DNA of 64,000 nucleotides from Selaginella moellendorffii (lineage: Eukaryota; Plantae; Lycopodiophyta): assembly GCF_000143415.4 (NCBI RefSeq), contig NW_003314270.1:536666-600665 (forward strand), read 5' to 3'. Of the stretch, positions 61,080 to 64,000 are shown piece by piece (within the stretch, counting starts at the first letter, position 1; the number at the start of each line of letters is the position of its first letter). The translations under genes were made by a program, and so were the position numbers. The notes under the pieces are model-generated. The model did no database searches. It saw only the letters and a list, made by a program, of their open reading frames with translations, and was not told the origin of the DNA.

Positions 61080-63930
61080 TTATATTATTGATAGAGAATA
61101 AACATCGATAGTGTTGGAAAATCTAATTACCTCCAAAAGTTTTTTGCAACTCGGCAATAGTAAAGCTTGCTTAGTGTATATGAATATCCACTTTAGGATC
61201 CTGGTGTAAGATGTTGATGAAGATGTAATACATATGTTTGCAAGGAGTATATGCCTTCCCATATTCCTTACCCTTCGTAAAGTCTGGACATGTGCAAGAA
61301 GGAAAGTCTTGAATGGCAATTGTGTACTCTCCATCTTTTGTTTTGACTATGTATTCCTTTGCAAGTGTAGTGATGTACGTTGTGGAAAGAATCTCACACT
61401 CAAGTGTTTGAGCTAAGTTTATTTTACCTTGCTTCTACTTGAAGACGGTACCAATAAATTTAACTGCCTTACTTTTTCTTGCTGGCCTCTTGTGCATCTC
61501 TATAGGAATAGTCCTGGTTTTATCACTCATGTCTCCAACTCTCCTCTCAAGATTAAAACTAGATTTCTCAAGGTTTTCAATCTCATCCAAGGTGAGTGCA
61601 ACCCCATTAGCAACTGGCCATTCTTTAGGTACTGCATCAAGTTTAATCACTATAGTGTTTTCAAGCTACTTTGTATAGTTGACATTAGTGTTGCAGCAAT
61701 ATAGCCAACACTATCTTGAAAATTCTATTTGCTTTTGTTCCCTATGGAAATATGGGGCTGAAATAGAAGTAGACTTGTCACCACGGATTTAAGCCTAACA
61801 TTTGCCCCTCGAAAGCATCCCCACATACCTTACATTTGATTTTGTTGGCACCCAACAGATTGCCCATTGTTTCGGCTCCACACTACGATAAGCAATTTCA
61901 ACCTACTGTGATGCACTTTCTTCATCAGCCACTTAAGGTGGCTCGATTCGAGGGCATTGTCTTGGAGCAGAATGATACTCGACATTAGGCCTGTAAGAGC
62001 TTTTTGCTCCAAGATTTGTGCCAACTTCTTCACCAACAAAGAAAAAGTGACGCTTTGAATGGATGGTTTTTATGTTACCAATAGAAGCTCAGGGAGTGTA
62101 CTCCATAGATGTGCCGCGGACTACTTCCTCCACTACAGTTGCCACTATTCGTGCTGGTGGAGTCACTTTCTTCTTCATCCGATCGTGTAACATCTCAACC
62201 GAAAGTCCTATTCCCATGTATCTTCCTTTCTAAAATGCCAAGGCTTTTGAAGACTGCTCTATAGCGCATATCAAATCTGATAGACATGCTTCATATAGAC
62301 TCATCTTCCCTTTCCCTACCTTAGAGGAATGCCAGCTCCAATGCTTACTTTCTGAGAGATTCACAATTGGGGTGTATGCAAGATCCTCAAGTGGTTGATC
62401 CTAATAAAAAGATGATATTAAAAAGCAATAAAAAGAGAGGAAAAAAAAATCAACTTGAAAAGAGTGATGTCCTCATTGGAACATCCTAACTTCCCACCAC
62501 TCCAACCATAACTCAAGTTGTGGTAGACAACTTACGTCTGTATGACCATCTTCACACCACCACATTTAGATCTTGTTTGCTTTTGCCTCATGCTCTTCTT
62601 TAGAGGTGCACCTTGCCATTGTTTGCATAACTCCTTAAATACTTTGGAAATCTAACTTGATAAAGTGGTAGTGTTGGTTTAGGCTCTGAGCCCAATAGAA
62701 CTTACAAGTCCTCTCACGACCTTCTAGGTGTTGACCATTCCCAAAGACTGCGTGGACACCATTCCAATTAGCCCCAACCCCATCTGCCATGAAACTACAA
62801 AAGTTGGTAGGTTTACCAATCCACTTCAATATAATGTCGGAGAGGGACTTCCAAAATATTTCATGAGCCATCTGGTCTTGTACTTTAAACTCTGTTGTTG
62901 TAATTGTCAAGTTACAATGTAGCCTATGAAAAGGGCAATGCTTAAAACCATTTTAAGATAGTGAATAAAAAAAACTACCTCGGATCATACACATGAGCTC
63001 CCATGGTTGTTCAACCCGCTACCTGCTCCATATAGTTCAAATATACCCATGCATTAATAAGGTCACTCGACCCAAACATATCCATTTGGGAAACAAGATC
63101 CACACTAAAGGCAGGGCCCATAGTAGACATTTTAAAGATGAAGGGGCACTCTTGCTCACTAACGACTTGATTTGAAAATAAACTCCTATGGATAAACTCA
63201 CAAGGACAAGTCTGTTTTAGTTCAAGGATAGAGTTAATTTTTTATTAGAGTTTCCTCTATCGAGATTCACACATCCAAGACTTTATCCTAAATAAAACAA
63301 AATATAAAAGAGATATTATAGAAAAGTATGTAATAATATTTTTGTACCTCCTGAGGCTAGTTGCAGGTTGTATATGTTGTAGTAACTCTTGCAAGCTAGC
63401 CTCATCTAGTTGAGTATTCTTGCAGTCTGGATCAAGTAAAGTCCTTACGATGAAATCCTTGAGCACTATCTTTTGAACATGCTTCGGAGTTGCAGATGAA
63501 TTTCTCACAATCTCTATTTGCATTGCATCTTTGAAATAGTTGACTGAACTCCTTTGTATCCCTTCTTGCATTGGATGTGTATACGTGCCAATATGTACTA
63601 CAGCTCTACCAGCCTCTCCATCCCATGGAAGAAAATAGTACATCTTGGCCCCGCAGATGGCATGACATAATGGAGCATTCTTGCAAGACAGACACTTGAA
63701 TCCAACACCAATGGTGTCACAAATGGGATGATTGGTTGCAGATCCTTAAAAAAATATGGAGTTTTTACCATGCTCTTGATTGCATGCTTTATTCACACAA
63801 TCCAAATACGCACCATAATGAACTATAGACATTGTGCCTTCGAAATGCTGGAAATGTGTGGTCTTGATCTTGCACCAGTTGTGGACATCTTGGTTGGTCT
63901 CCATCCCCTTTGGATCCATGGCCGTTGGGG
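61080..63930 (-). pseudogene. MULE-type transposase pseudogene with GCM-like Zn domain, DDE core and SWIM finger
   Basis: GCM-like YYFLP..AVVHIGTYTHP. MULE core FMADGVGANWNGVHAVFG..RERTCKFYWAQS (62635-62910). SWIM SCTCPDF...YTPCKHMYY at about 61220-61300. Short introns, stops and frameshifts. Confidence 0.75.
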
Positions 63931-63975
63931 GCGGGCAGGTATGCTGGTGAACCGGCCCACACGGCCTCGCCCATG

Positions 63976-64000
63976 CCAAGTGCCCGGGCCGGGCACTTGG
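63976..64000. repeat. Perfect GC-rich hairpin CCAAGTGCCCGG-G-CCGGGCACTTGG in an insertion that interrupts the MULE gene
   Basis: 12-bp inverted arms. Homology with the 51.9 kb paralog ends at about 63928, where GC content jumps. Confidence 0.7.

Overview
Eukaryotic, repeat-dense plant DNA. The 47-57 nt introns, tRNA-iMet PBS sites and a Tf1/Tcn1-like chromovirus suggest a non-seed land plant such as a lycophyte (inference). Most of the window is nested LTR retrotransposons. Family A is non-coding (about 1.15 kb LTRs, about 5 kb internal; copies A1, A2, A3 plus fragments). Family B is non-coding (about 1.7 kb LTRs with a minisatellite; copies B1, B2). C is a near-intact self-priming Ty3/Gypsy chromovirus, and D is an old decayed Gypsy chromovirus that shares cis-elements with B. 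There are also two decayed GCM/MULE/SWIM transposase copies. Removing B1, C, A2 and A3(+B2) at their 5-bp TSDs restores one spliced gene of about 1640 codons (10054-50739). It encodes a ParB/Srx-like domain, a catalytically degenerate beta-class DNA amino-methyltransferase-like domain, a long low-complexity linker and an FCP1/NIF-type HAD phosphatase domain. Its introns and 3' flank carry about 8 copies of a 22-bp palindrome, ATGGCRTG-N6-CAYGCCAT. This gene plus palindrome set is the best candidate for an undescribed system. Other notable signals are an exact 2-LTR-circle-type junction (CA-TT-AG-TG), a fold-back LTR junction with templated filler, and a tandem tRNA T-arm/B-box stem-loop module shared by B and D. 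All domain calls are by motif recognition, not database search.
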